From assembly GCA_050125095.1 (NCBI GenBank), contig JASFEA010000030.1, positions 1 to 24,861 of the forward strand: a stretch of DNA of 24,861 nt, read 5' to 3'. The notes beneath the pieces were generated by a model, which worked only from the letters and a program-made list of their open reading frames with translations, was not told where the DNA came from and did no database searches. Made by a program: the position numbers and the translations under genes. This stretch comes from a bacterium. GTDB lineage: Bacteria > Arandabacterota > Arandabacteria > Arandabacterales > JALGWA01. Positions 1 through 8,816 of this stretch are shown here, one piece after another (the stretch's first letter is position 1; every line of letters begins with the position of its first letter).

Positions 1-2
1 AA

Positions 3-623
3 GTCTCAATCGTCCTGGGGCCCACCGGCTCGGGCAAGACTTCGCTATTGAGGCTTCTCAACCGGCTGGACGATCCGACCTCGGGCGACGTTCTCTACAT
101 GGACAGGCCCATAAAGACGGCGGACGTTCGCGATCTCCGAAAAGAAGTCGGGATGGTGCTGCAGCAGCCTTTTCTCTTTGACGGCACGGTGCTCGACAAC
201 GTGCTTTACGGCGCGCGTCTTCACGGTATTGACGCCGATGTCGAAGAGATCATCTCTCTCGTCGGTATCGAAAAGGACATGCTTCCGCAGGACGTCTCGA
301 CGCTCTCCGTGGGCCAGTCGCAGAAAGTCTCGATAGCAAGAGCAATAGCGGTAAAACCCAGGGTGCTTCTTCTCGACGAGCCGACCAGCGGACTGGACCC
401 GACGGCGACGCTCCAGATTGAGGAACTCATCGCGGGTCTGGTCGATGCCCTCAGCCTCACATGCGTCTTCGTCACGCATCACATCGAACAGGCCAGGCGG
501 CTCGGCCACAGGGGCATTCTCATCATAGAAGGCACGTGTATTGAGGAGTGCGACATCCAAGACATGCTCTCGTCGCCCGCCGACGAGCGGACACGCAAGT
601 TCATAAGCGGGGAACTGAGATGA
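3..623 (+). CDS. fetA: ABC transporter ATP-binding protein, FetA/YbbL (STAR1)-like; 5'-partial
   Basis: Frame is open from the window edge. Walker A GPTGSGKT lies upstream of the ORF-track start, followed by Q-loop, signature LSVGQ, Walker B LLLDEPT and H-loop VTH. Stop overlaps the next start (ATGA 620-623). Confidence 0.8.
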   Translation, partial: VSIVLGPTGSGKTSLLRLLNRLDDPTSGDVLYMDRPIKTADVRDLRKEVGMVLQQPFLFDGTVLDNVLYGARLHGIDADVEEIISLVGIEKDMLPQDVSTLSVGQSQKVSIARAIAVKPRVLLLDEPTSGLDPTATLQIEELIAGLVDALSLTCVFVTHHIEQARRLGHRGILIIEGTCIEECDIQDMLSSPADERTRKFISGELR

Positions 624-1360
624 GCCAGCTTATAGCGTCCACAGTGCTCCTGGCCATTGCGATCATACTGACGGAAGTGAGGAGGCTGGGGGTCGGATGG
701 GATATCCTCAAAGGGGCGGTGCGGAGTTTCATACAGCTTATGGCCGTCGGGTTCGTGATCAAGTTCATCTTCGGCCTCGAACAGGTACAGTACCAGATAC
801 TCCTGCTCCTCGTGATGGTAGTCGTGGCGGCGTACACGGCGCGCGGCAGGGTCAAATCCATGCCGGGGGCGTTCAGAATCTCATTCATATCCATACTCGC
901 GGGGGCCTCGGCAACGCTCGGAGTGATGCTGGCTCTCGACATCATTGACGCCTCGCCCAATTACCTGATCCCGCTGGGCGGCATGATCATCGGCAATGCC
1001 ATGAACGCGCTCTCGCTTGGGTTCGAGCGCATCGGCTCGGAGGTAAAGCAGAGGCGGGGTGAGATAGAGACGGCCCTCTGCCTGGGCGCCAGCCCGCAGA
1101 AGGCCATCGAGCCCCTCGTCAGGCGATCGGTTAAGGCGTCTTTCATACCCATGCTCAATCTCATGAAGATAGTCGGCATAGTGCAAATGCCGGGGGCCAT
1201 GACGGGGATGCTGCTGGCCGGGGCCGACCCGCTGGACGCGGTGAGAATTCAGCTCGTCGTAATCTACATGCTGGTCGCGAGCACCTCTATCACAATGCTC
1301 ATGGGTACCGCCTTCACCTACCGGAGTTTCTTCAACCGCAACTGGCAACTCATGGGGTGA
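620..1360 (+). CDS. fetB: ABC transporter permease, FetB/YbbM (UPF0014, ALS3/STAR2-like)
   Basis: Hydrophobic protein with the family motifs R..IQL..VG, YLIPLGGMIIGNAMN and GIVQMPGAMTGMLLAGADP..A...Q. ATG at 620 is coupled to the ATPase stop. Confidence 0.85.
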   Translation: MSQLIASTVLLAIAIILTEVRRLGVGWDILKGAVRSFIQLMAVGFVIKFIFGLEQVQYQILLLLVMVVVAAYTARGRVKSMPGAFRISFISILAGASATLGVMLALDIIDASPNYLIPLGGMIIGNAMNALSLGFERIGSEVKQRRGEIETALCLGASPQKAIEPLVRRSVKASFIPMLNLMKIVGIVQMPGAMTGMLLAGADPLDAVRIQLVVIYMLVASTSITMLMGTAFTYRSFFNRNWQLMG

Positions 1361-1412
1361 GCACGCCAGGCCACCTGGATGTGCTTGTAGATCACCTGCA
1401 CCGGGGGTTCTA

Positions 1413-3050
1413 CTATATGTATCCCAGGCCCTTGAGCCGGTCGACCACTTCTTCATTGTCTTCGTCTTCGGGGAGTTCCACGCTGCCCTCTTCATACGAA
1501 CAGGGCGGCGGAGGCTTTCTCGATGAAGCGTACTCGGGTGCGAACACTTCCTTCATCACCCTGCCGTCGAAGCGATCGCTGGACGGGAGGTTCTGCATGA
1601 AGAAGATGGTGGGCAGGACGTCCTCTATGTCGGCGCTGAACTTCTTGCCGGGTATGACGCCTTCTCCCGCGAGCAGGACTATGCCGTCCCGGCGGTGGTC
1701 GCCCTGCCGCCAGTCGTATCCTCTGTCCAGTATGCCGGGGGCATCGGTGATGTTGGAATAAGCCGTGTGGAAATGCTCATCGTCGAATTCGAAGAATAGA
1801 TCCGGGGCCTCTTCTATTCCCGAGATTCCATAGAGGTCCTCGATGAAATGAACGGTCTTCATTATCTTCTCGCCGTTCTCATCCTTGAGGTCCATGAGCC
1901 TCTCCTCTAATTCCCTTCTGAAACTCTCCAGCTCGGGACCGGGCTCGACAGTGCCGAACTGGTCGCGCCCGCGCACGTTTATCCTTATCCCGTTGGTCAC
2001 ATAGGCGTAGGCCCGGGTGCGCTTCCAGTCCACCCTGGACGTGCCCACGTAAATGAGTTTCCGGGCCAGGGGTTTGCCGGACCTCTCGAGCAAAGCCCGG
2101 AGTTTCCCGCTTATTCCCAGTTTCTTCAATACGCTCTTTATGAAGAGCCCGGGCGTCTGGCGGTCGCCTAGCTCGCCGTAGTAACCCAGGCTCTTGAGCC
2201 AGACGGAGGGATAGAAATTCCCCCGGACGTCTCCGAAGCCGTGGTCCGAACAGATGACCAGCGTCGCTTTGCCACTTATTTCGTCTGCTATTCTCCCTAT
2301 GATGGAGTCCATGTAGGAGTAGTGCTCGAAGGCCCGGTCTTTCACAACCGACTCGCCCTCGCTCGTGATATCCCGCCACAGGTAATGCTGGATACGGTCC
2401 ATGCTGATGAAATTGACCTGGAAAAGGTCCCACTCCTTGTTGGCCATGAGATAGAGCACGGCCTCTTGCCTTGCCCTGGTGACGCCCCTGAGGTCCTCGA
2501 AGAAATGCGCGGCGTCATCGGCCAGGTAGGATCTGAGTCTCTTCTCGAGCTCTTTCTGGTCGCCCTCGAGCTTTATGTCGATGCGGTAGTCGATGCCCCG
2601 GCTCTTAAGCTCATCCATGAGGTCGAGCGGGTAGAAGAACCTCGCCTCGCTGGAAGGCGTCATCATCCCGCTCGTGATAATGCCGTCCTCCTCTCGCGGG
2701 GGATAAGTCATGGGCATGTTCAGCGAGATCATCCTGCGCTTGAGCTGATAGTACATGTCCATGACGGTCGGCGCCTTCATCCTGGTCCGGTTGGCCAGGG
2801 AGGAAAGCACGACCCCGTCCCGGTTTTCCGTGACCGTGTACCCGAAGATACGGTGCTTAACCGGTTTGGTCCCGGTGAGGAGACTGGTCCATGCCACCGG
2901 CGTCACGTAGGGTATGGTGGAGTTCAGCACCCCGCTTGCGCCGCCCTCGACCAGCGCCTTCAGGTTTGGCATGATCCCCCGCTCCATGAGCGGGTCCAGT
3001 ACGCGCCAGGTCGCCCCGTCCAGCCCGAGCAGGAAAACCTTCTCCGTCAT
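1413..3050 (-). CDS. Alkaline phosphatase superfamily / type I phosphodiesterase-nucleotide pyrophosphatase
   Basis: Starts MTEKVFLLGLDGATW. Motifs STIPYVTPVAWTSLLTG (Thr nucleophile), DRIQH, SDHGFG and GDHRRDG; C-terminus RLKGLGYI. The likely start at 3050 overlaps the flippase stop; the ORF-track extension to 3614 is spurious. Confidence 0.85.
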   Translation of the reverse strand: MTEKVFLLGLDGATWRVLDPLMERGIMPNLKALVEGGASGVLNSTIPYVTPVAWTSLLTGTKPVKHRIFGYTVTENRDGVVLSSLANRTRMKAPTVMDMYYQLKRRMISLNMPMTYPPREEDGIITSGMMTPSSEARFFYPLDLMDELKSRGIDYRIDIKLEGDQKELEKRLRSYLADDAAHFFEDLRGVTRARQEAVLYLMANKEWDLFQVNFISMDRIQHYLWRDITSEGESVVKDRAFEHYSYMDSIIGRIADEISGKATLVICSDHGFGDVRGNFYPSVWLKSLGYYGELGDRQTPGLFIKSVLKKLGISGKLRALLERSGKPLARKLIYVGTSRVDWKRTRAYAYVTNGIRINVRGRDQFGTVEPGPELESFRRELEERLMDLKDENGEKIMKTVHFIEDLYGISGIEEAPDLFFEFDDEHFHTAYSNITDAPGILDRGYDWRQGDHRRDGIVLLAGEGVIPGKKFSADIEDVLPTIFFMQNLPSSDRFDGRVMKEVFAPEYASSRKPPPPCSYEEGSVELPEDEDNEEVVDRLKGLGYI

Positions 3051-4552
3051 TTCTTTTTCCTCTTCAATACCTCTCTCAAGACCTCGCGTTCCTCCTTGAG
3101 GCCCAGACCATAGAGCATCAAGATGTAAAGCGCTGCGAAAGCTATACACAGGCCGACGGTATTGAAGATGCCCGTCCACTGGAAGTGCCTGTTGAGAAAG
3201 TAGAATACGGCCGATGTCACGGCGCCCGCCGCCGCGGGCTTGGCGAGGTCGTATCTGAAAGGCGTGAAGCCGTAGAGTATCTTCACCTCGACGACTCGCA
3301 GTATGTTCGTTGACGCGATCGAAAGCGTGGTCGCGAGGGCCGCCCCGTTCATGCCGTATTTCGGTATGAATATCAAATTGAGGGCGACATTGGAGCTGGC
3401 TAGACAGATTGAGTTGACCAGGTTGAGCTTCTGGCGTCCCGTCATTGTGAGTATGAATCCGATGGGGCCCACAACGGCGTTCACTATCTGGCCGATCGCG
3501 AGTATCACAAGCGCCGTAGCTCCCTTCGGGAAGTCGTTCCCGAATATGCTCAGAATCCCCGGCGCAAAGAGCAGGTACACGCAGAATACCGGCAGACTGA
3601 GCGTGAAGATCCACTTGGAGACTGACTTGAAATGCGTCATGAGCTCAAGACGGTTGCCCGTCTCCCAGAGCTCGGAAATTATGGGCGCGAATATCTTGCT
3701 GAACGACATAAGGCTGATGGAAACGAACGGCGAGAGCACCAGCGTTGCGCTCAATATACCCACAGTCTCCGAGTCAAGGTAGTAGCCCGATATCATTACA
3801 TTGGACCGGGAGATGAGGACGTTCATGAAATTGGCGAGCACAAGCGGCAGCGAGTAGAAGAAGAGCTCGTTGGCGACTCCTTTGCTGCGGGTCTTCCGGA
3901 AGTCGAATGGGGATACCTTGACGGCGTAAATTAATGCTATGACTGCTGCCACGGCGATCGCCCCCACTCCGCCCAGCACGACCGCGAAGAGCCTAAGGCC
4001 CGCGAGGAACAGGAGAAGTATGAGCACGAGCCGCGCGACGGGCCGCGCGATCATCTCGACGATCACACTCGGCTTGAGCGTCTTGAATCCCTGTGTGTAA
4101 CCGTTGAACACAAGTATCATGGTGAAGAACGGGAGCCCGATGATGTATACCCTGAGCGCCAGGTCGAGGCCGGTCACCTGGGAATAGAACCTGCGGGCCA
4201 CAGAAGGGGCGACCAGAGCCGTGATCCCTACCAGGGCGATCGAGAGGATGCTTGTCAGGACCACGCCGGAAACCAGCGTGCCCTTTACGCGAGCCGTGTC
4301 GCCCAGAGCCATGTATTTGGAAGTGAGGCGCACGACGCCGCGGTTCATTCCGAATATCGCCAGTATGCACAGCACCTGGAAGATGCTGCTCGCCAGCGAG
4401 TAAGTGCCGAAGAGCTCGGGCCCGATGGTTCGGGTGATGATGATGCTCGCGACGAAGGAAAAGACGATGTTGAAAGCCTGGCCGAAGACGTCCAGGCCCG
4501 CGTTCTTTATGATGAGACCGAATTCGGATTGGCTGCCCTTGTCCACGCTCAC
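3047..4552 (-). CDS. Wzx-type polysaccharide flippase (MOP superfamily)
   Basis: About 14 hydrophobic segments, with IITRTIGPELFGTYSLA and NVALNLIFIPKYGMNGAALAT. Lies between a glycosyltransferase and a phosphodiesterase with overlapping start/stop codons. Confidence 0.85.
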   Translation of the reverse strand: MSVDKGSQSEFGLIIKNAGLDVFGQAFNIVFSFVASIIITRTIGPELFGTYSLASSIFQVLCILAIFGMNRGVVRLTSKYMALGDTARVKGTLVSGVVLTSILSIALVGITALVAPSVARRFYSQVTGLDLALRVYIIGLPFFTMILVFNGYTQGFKTLKPSVIVEMIARPVARLVLILLLFLAGLRLFAVVLGGVGAIAVAAVIALIYAVKVSPFDFRKTRSKGVANELFFYSLPLVLANFMNVLISRSNVMISGYYLDSETVGILSATLVLSPFVSISLMSFSKIFAPIISELWETGNRLELMTHFKSVSKWIFTLSLPVFCVYLLFAPGILSIFGNDFPKGATALVILAIGQIVNAVVGPIGFILTMTGRQKLNLVNSICLASSNVALNLIFIPKYGMNGAALATTLSIASTNILRVVEVKILYGFTPFRYDLAKPAAAGAVTSAVFYFLNRHFQWTGIFNTVGLCIAFAALYILMLYGLGLKEEREVLREVLKRKKK

Positions 4553-5667
4553 CCCTTCAGAAGGTCTTCGTAAACCCTCTCGGTGCGGCTGACCATGACG
4601 TCGAGTCCGAGATTGCCCAGGAAGAACTCGCGACCCTTCCTGCCCATTTCCACGCGCGTCTTCTCATCCCCCGCGAGCGCGAGCATCTTGGCAGCAAGGT
4701 CGTTGGCATTGCCGGGAGTCGCCAAAAGCCCGGTCACGCCCGTCCTCACCAGCTCCCTGTTGCCGCCCATCGCAGTCGCAACGACGGGTTTGGCCAGTCC
4801 CATATATTCGCAAATGCTGTTCGAGAGGCCCTCGCTGTAGTCTCCATGCGAGGCCAGGACTCCGATGTCAAAGTGCCTTGCGATGTCAAGGACATCCTTG
4901 CGGTGGCCCATGAAGATGGTGCGCGATGCTATGCCGAGCTGCCTGGCCAGCGCCTCGTAGTCTCCCCGCCGGTCGCCCTCGCCCAGGATGACCGCGTGGG
5001 CGTCGTCGTATTTCTCGAACACCTGGGCGAGCGCCGCGAGGAAAGTGGGATAGTCCTTGAGGTATGTGAGATTGGCTACATGGCCTATGAGGAGCCCCTT
5101 CTCGGGCAGTCCCAGTTCGGCTCTCGGCCTGGTCGGCGCCGGGTCGAAGTCAGCGATGTTGTAGCCGTTGTATATTACCCTGGTCTTCTCGCGCCCGGGC
5201 CAGTGCTTGAAATAGTGCTCCACGCCGGCGTGGGAGTTCGCGATTATCAGATCGGAGATGAGGAAGCCGATTCTCTCGCTCGAGTCGGCCACGCGCCGGC
5301 GGGGGCCGGCGATCCTGATGGTCGTTATTGCCTTCCTCCCGGCCAGTTTCGCCGCAACGGCGCCGTAGAAGCCGGGCAGCCCCAGGTACGGATGTACGAT
5401 GGCGATGTCTTCGCGCTTTATGTAACCGTAGAGCCGGGTAATGACTCCGAGGTCCCATCTCCACTTCCTGGGAGCTACAGTGAGCGGCAAGCCGATCTCC
5501 ACAGCGGCGCGTCCGACAGGGCCGCCGGGTTCGAGACATACGAGATGAGGCGTGAAACGGTCGCGGCTCAGGCCCTTTAGGAGCTCGATGAGCTGCCGCT
5601 CGGCCCCGCCGAGTATGCCGGTATCATGGGAAACGTACAGAATGTTTGACTTCGGTAGTTCGGCCAT
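4549..5667 (-). CDS. Glycosyltransferase family 4 (GT-B)
   Basis: GGAERQ near the N-terminus, VIYNG, K-D-Y, EGLSNSICEYM (E-x7-E) and PVVAT..GG..E. Confidence 0.9.
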   Translation of the reverse strand: MAELPKSNILYVSHDTGILGGAERQLIELLKGLSRDRFTPHLVCLEPGGPVGRAAVEIGLPLTVAPRKWRWDLGVITRLYGYIKREDIAIVHPYLGLPGFYGAVAAKLAGRKAITTIRIAGPRRRVADSSERIGFLISDLIIANSHAGVEHYFKHWPGREKTRVIYNGYNIADFDPAPTRPRAELGLPEKGLLIGHVANLTYLKDYPTFLAALAQVFEKYDDAHAVILGEGDRRGDYEALARQLGIASRTIFMGHRKDVLDIARHFDIGVLASHGDYSEGLSNSICEYMGLAKPVVATAMGGNRELVRTGVTGLLATPGNANDLAAKMLALAGDEKTRVEMGRKGREFFLGNLGLDVMVSRTERVYEDLLKG

Positions 5668-5731
5668 CGCTCACTTCGCGTGTGATTACGCGCGTTCCTC
5701 GCCATATACTAGATTATCGGCAGCGGGAATT

Positions 5732-7090
5732 CTATATCTTAATACTCCTCCACTTGCCCGTGCGGAATCTCAGGAAGTAGGTGAGGCCGAGCGCGATGAT
5801 GTAAACCGTGGCCCCGCCCCAGGCCCCGACAGCCCCGCCCTTGAGCGCTATGGCGCCGATGTAGGCGAGCGGCACGAAGATGAACCAGGCGTAACCCACC
5901 CCGATGATCATTGCCCATCTCGTGTCGCCGGCGCCCCTGAGAGAACCGTTGGCCGCGATGCCCATGCTGTCGAAGAGGAGGAATATGGCGGCGACCCTCA
6001 GTATCATGACGCCAAGTTTCACGACTTCGGGGTCCTGGTTAATGAGCATCACGAGTTGGCGCGGGATGATGAGGAAGAGAAGTGCTATGAGGCCGGCGTA
6101 CAGCATGCTCATCTTTATGGCCGTGTAGCCCGATCTCGTCGCACGCGGTATTTCCTCCGAACCGATATATTGCCCCACCAGCGTCGTCGCCGCGATTGAT
6201 ACTCCGAATACCGGCATGAAGGAAAGGTGCATCAGCCTTAAGCCCGCCGTGCTTGCGGCGAGCTCGAGGGTGCCTATTCTGCCTATCAGCGCCGAGAACA
6301 CTATGAAACTGGCCATGTCGAGTAGCCATTGCAGCCCCATGGGGAGGCCGACGCGGGAGAGCCGGTCCATGAGGTCGAGCCTTACGCGCCAGGTGCTCCG
6401 GGTCGAGAACATCTCATTGCTCTTCCTCGATAGGAACACCAAGAGGAAGATGAGCGCCCCCACGCCGCTCGCGCCCACCGTCGCGTAGGCCGCGCCGTCT
6501 GTGCCCAGCCTCGGGAACCCCAGCTTTCCGAATATGAGAACGTAGTCGCCCGCGACGTTGAGGAGGTTTATGAAGATCACGATCTTGAGTGGCGTCCGCG
6601 TGTCGCCTATGCCGCGCAGGTAAGCTGAGAAACACATGTAGAGCACTATGAAGACGCCGCCCCACATCCTTATGCCAAGATAGGAGGAGCCGATGCGCTG
6701 GACGTCGTCCGCGGGACCGAGGAGCCTCATGAGCTCGACATTGTAACGGCTGAGGAAGATGAGAATCACGCCCGATACGAGGGCGAAGTACACGCCCTGC
6801 CAGGTCACTCGTCCTATATCGTCGAAGCGCCTGGCGCCGTAGTTCTGCGCCACGAAGGTGTTGACGCCGTTTACGAGGCCGTTGAAGAAGGAGAAGAGCC
6901 CCCACGTGAGCGTTCCGGAGAGCCCCACGGCGGCGAGCTCGGTCGGGCCCAGCCGCCCCACCATCATGGTGTCGACAAAGGTCATGACGGTCTGGCTGAC
7001 CATGGTGAGCACGGCGGGGTAGGCGATATGCCAGACCTCGGCGTAGCCGCCCTTCTTGTGCTCGGGATATTGCTTTCTTTCCATGGTCAT
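5732..7090 (-). CDS. MATE family efflux transporter
   Basis: VDTMMVGRLGPTELAAVG, LRGIGDTRTP, FGKLGFPRLGTDGAAYAT and LRGAGDT. Start is ATG at 7090 or 7084, downstream of a GGGAG. Confidence 0.9.
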   Translation of the reverse strand: MTMERKQYPEHKKGGYAEVWHIAYPAVLTMVSQTVMTFVDTMMVGRLGPTELAAVGLSGTLTWGLFSFFNGLVNGVNTFVAQNYGARRFDDIGRVTWQGVYFALVSGVILIFLSRYNVELMRLLGPADDVQRIGSSYLGIRMWGGVFIVLYMCFSAYLRGIGDTRTPLKIVIFINLLNVAGDYVLIFGKLGFPRLGTDGAAYATVGASGVGALIFLLVFLSRKSNEMFSTRSTWRVRLDLMDRLSRVGLPMGLQWLLDMASFIVFSALIGRIGTLELAASTAGLRLMHLSFMPVFGVSIAATTLVGQYIGSEEIPRATRSGYTAIKMSMLYAGLIALLFLIIPRQLVMLINQDPEVVKLGVMILRVAAIFLLFDSMGIAANGSLRGAGDTRWAMIIGVGYAWFIFVPLAYIGAIALKGGAVGAWGGATVYIIALGLTYFLRFRTGKWRSIKI

Positions 7091-7210
7091 GAGATAGAGA
7101 CTCCCTGCGGCCCGGTCAATCGAGGGGTTTATCTTAATGTGGCTGAAACCCCTTTGCATGTCAACACATACGGACCAAGCTGGATAATAAGTAATTAATT
7201 TAGTAACCTT

Positions 7211-7227
7211 ATACCCGTATGGGGTAT
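7211..7227. promoter_or_regulatory. CsoR operator (CsoR-box)
   Basis: ATACCC-GTATG-GGGTAT is a pseudo-inverted repeat with C/G tracts, matching known CsoR operators (TACC...GGGTA). It sits directly upstream of csoR, next to an AT-rich tract at 7184-7210. Confidence 0.8.
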
Positions 7228-7259
7228 CTAATCGGTAGATGCCTCAAGGGGGTGAACAG

Positions 7260-7541
7260 GTGATAGACGACAAACTCGAAAAGGACGCTCTGGCAAGGCT
7301 CAAACGGATCGAGGGCCAGGTGGCGGGAATACGCAAAATGGTGGAAGAACGCCGCTACTGCATGGACATCGTCAACCAGATATCGGCTGTGGAGGCGGCG
7401 CTCCACAAAGTGTCGGCGCTGGTCTTGAGAAACCACATGGAGACATGCGTGCTCTCGGCGTTCCGGTCCACCGACGAATCCGAAGTCACCTCGAAGATCG
7501 ACGAACTCATGCGCGTATACAACAACCTTCGCATGAGATAG
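7260..7541 (+). CDS. csoR: CsoR/RcnR family copper-sensing repressor
   Basis: RLKRIEGQVAGIRKM, YC-x24-H-x3-C (C/H/C Cu(I) fingerprint) and DELM. GTG at 7260 follows a GGGGGTG RBS; ATG at 7239 is an alternative start. Confidence 0.9.
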   Translation: MIDDKLEKDALARLKRIEGQVAGIRKMVEERRYCMDIVNQISAVEAALHKVSALVLRNHMETCVLSAFRSTDESEVTSKIDELMRVYNNLRMR

Positions 7542-7550
7542 GAGAGACCC

Positions 7551-8798
7551 ATGGAGCGCCCGCATAGAGGAGCCATAAGGATTTGCCTGGCCGCCTGTCC
7601 GGCCCTTTTTCTGCTGGCCGGGACGGCCTTTGGCATGACATTGGGCGAGGCCGTGCAGCGCGCGACGGTGCATAACCCCGCGGTGGCCGGAGCCCATGAG
7701 AAATACATGGCGGCCGAGAGGGCCGGGAGCGAGATCGGCTGGGTGGCAGACCCCGTGCTGGCGCTCGGCTACAAGAGCGGCGGCTGGATGGCCAATGAAA
7801 GCATGCGGACCCTCATGATCGACCAGCCCATACCCTTCCCGACCAAGACTTCGGGACGGAAGTCCAAAGCCGGCCTCGTGGCGATGGCCGAGCAGGCGAG
7901 ATACAGAAGCCAGGTGAGGATGACGGTCAAGGCCGTGAAGGCCGCCTACATTGAGCTCCTCCTGGTCAATGCCACGATCGACATTTACGAGGAGGATCTC
8001 GAGGACGCGCTCGCGGTTATGGAGTCTGCCAGGCAGAAGTACGAGACCGGCGCGGCAACCTACCATGACCTCGCCGGCAGCCGCGTGAACGCCCTGCTCG
8101 CCGAGAATGACCTCCAGACGCTGAGGGAGGACGACCGCGTGAAGGCGGCCGCGGCCCTGCGGGCCGTGCTCGGTATGTCCGGCCGGGAAACGCTTGGCGA
8201 CCTCACCTTGCCGGAGGTTCCCGTGATGCAGGTCAAGTTGGAGAGTCTCGAGGTCTATGAAGCGTCGCTGTCGCCCGAGGTGGACGAGTACCGTTACAGG
8301 CTGGAGGCCATCGGCGAAGACATGAGCCTGGCGCGCCAGCGCTACATCCCCGACCTCAGGCTGCGTTACTGGACCGAGCGCAAGGATAGCGACATGGGTG
8401 AGATATCTACGAATGGATTCATGGTCTTCTTCAACGTGCCGGTGTGGTTCTGGAACACCGAGGCCTCAAAGGATGCCGCAGGCCATCGTTACGGCGCGGC
8501 GGAGTCCATGCTCAAGGCCGAGGTCGACCGTGTGACCCGCGACCTCGAGTCAGCGGTGGCGGCGTTCGCAGCCACCAGGGGCCGGCTGGTACTGGTCGAG
8601 GATGAGATTATCCCGGAGGCGGAGGCTTCATACCAATCCGCCATGACGGCATATGAAAACGGCGGCATAGATCTCGCGAGCCTGGTGGCCGCAAGGGATG
8701 TGCTCAGGGATGCGAGGCTGTCACGTGCGAGGCTCTGGGCGAAAGCCGCCAGGGGGCTCGCGGAAATAGAGAGACTCACGGGGCTCGCTTTCTACTAG
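7551..8798 (+). CDS. TolC-family outer-membrane efflux protein (CusC/CzcC-like)
   Basis: Signal peptide ending AFG, then TL.EAV..A..HNP, duplicated OEP repeats (KYETG / AYENG) and a C-terminal ERLTG. Confidence 0.85.
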   Translation: MERPHRGAIRICLAACPALFLLAGTAFGMTLGEAVQRATVHNPAVAGAHEKYMAAERAGSEIGWVADPVLALGYKSGGWMANESMRTLMIDQPIPFPTKTSGRKSKAGLVAMAEQARYRSQVRMTVKAVKAAYIELLLVNATIDIYEEDLEDALAVMESARQKYETGAATYHDLAGSRVNALLAENDLQTLREDDRVKAAAALRAVLGMSGRETLGDLTLPEVPVMQVKLESLEVYEASLSPEVDEYRYRLEAIGEDMSLARQRYIPDLRLRYWTERKDSDMGEISTNGFMVFFNVPVWFWNTEASKDAAGHRYGAAESMLKAEVDRVTRDLESAVAAFAATRGRLVLVEDEIIPEAEASYQSAMTAYENGGIDLASLVAARDVLRDARLSRARLWAKAARGLAEIERLTGLAFY

Positions 8799-8816
8799 GA
8801 ACATGGAATATACGAG

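Noticed and set aside
3051-3614. N-terminal extension of the 733-aa ORF
   Set aside because: It overlaps the flippase in another frame. The family-typical N-terminus begins at ATG 3050.
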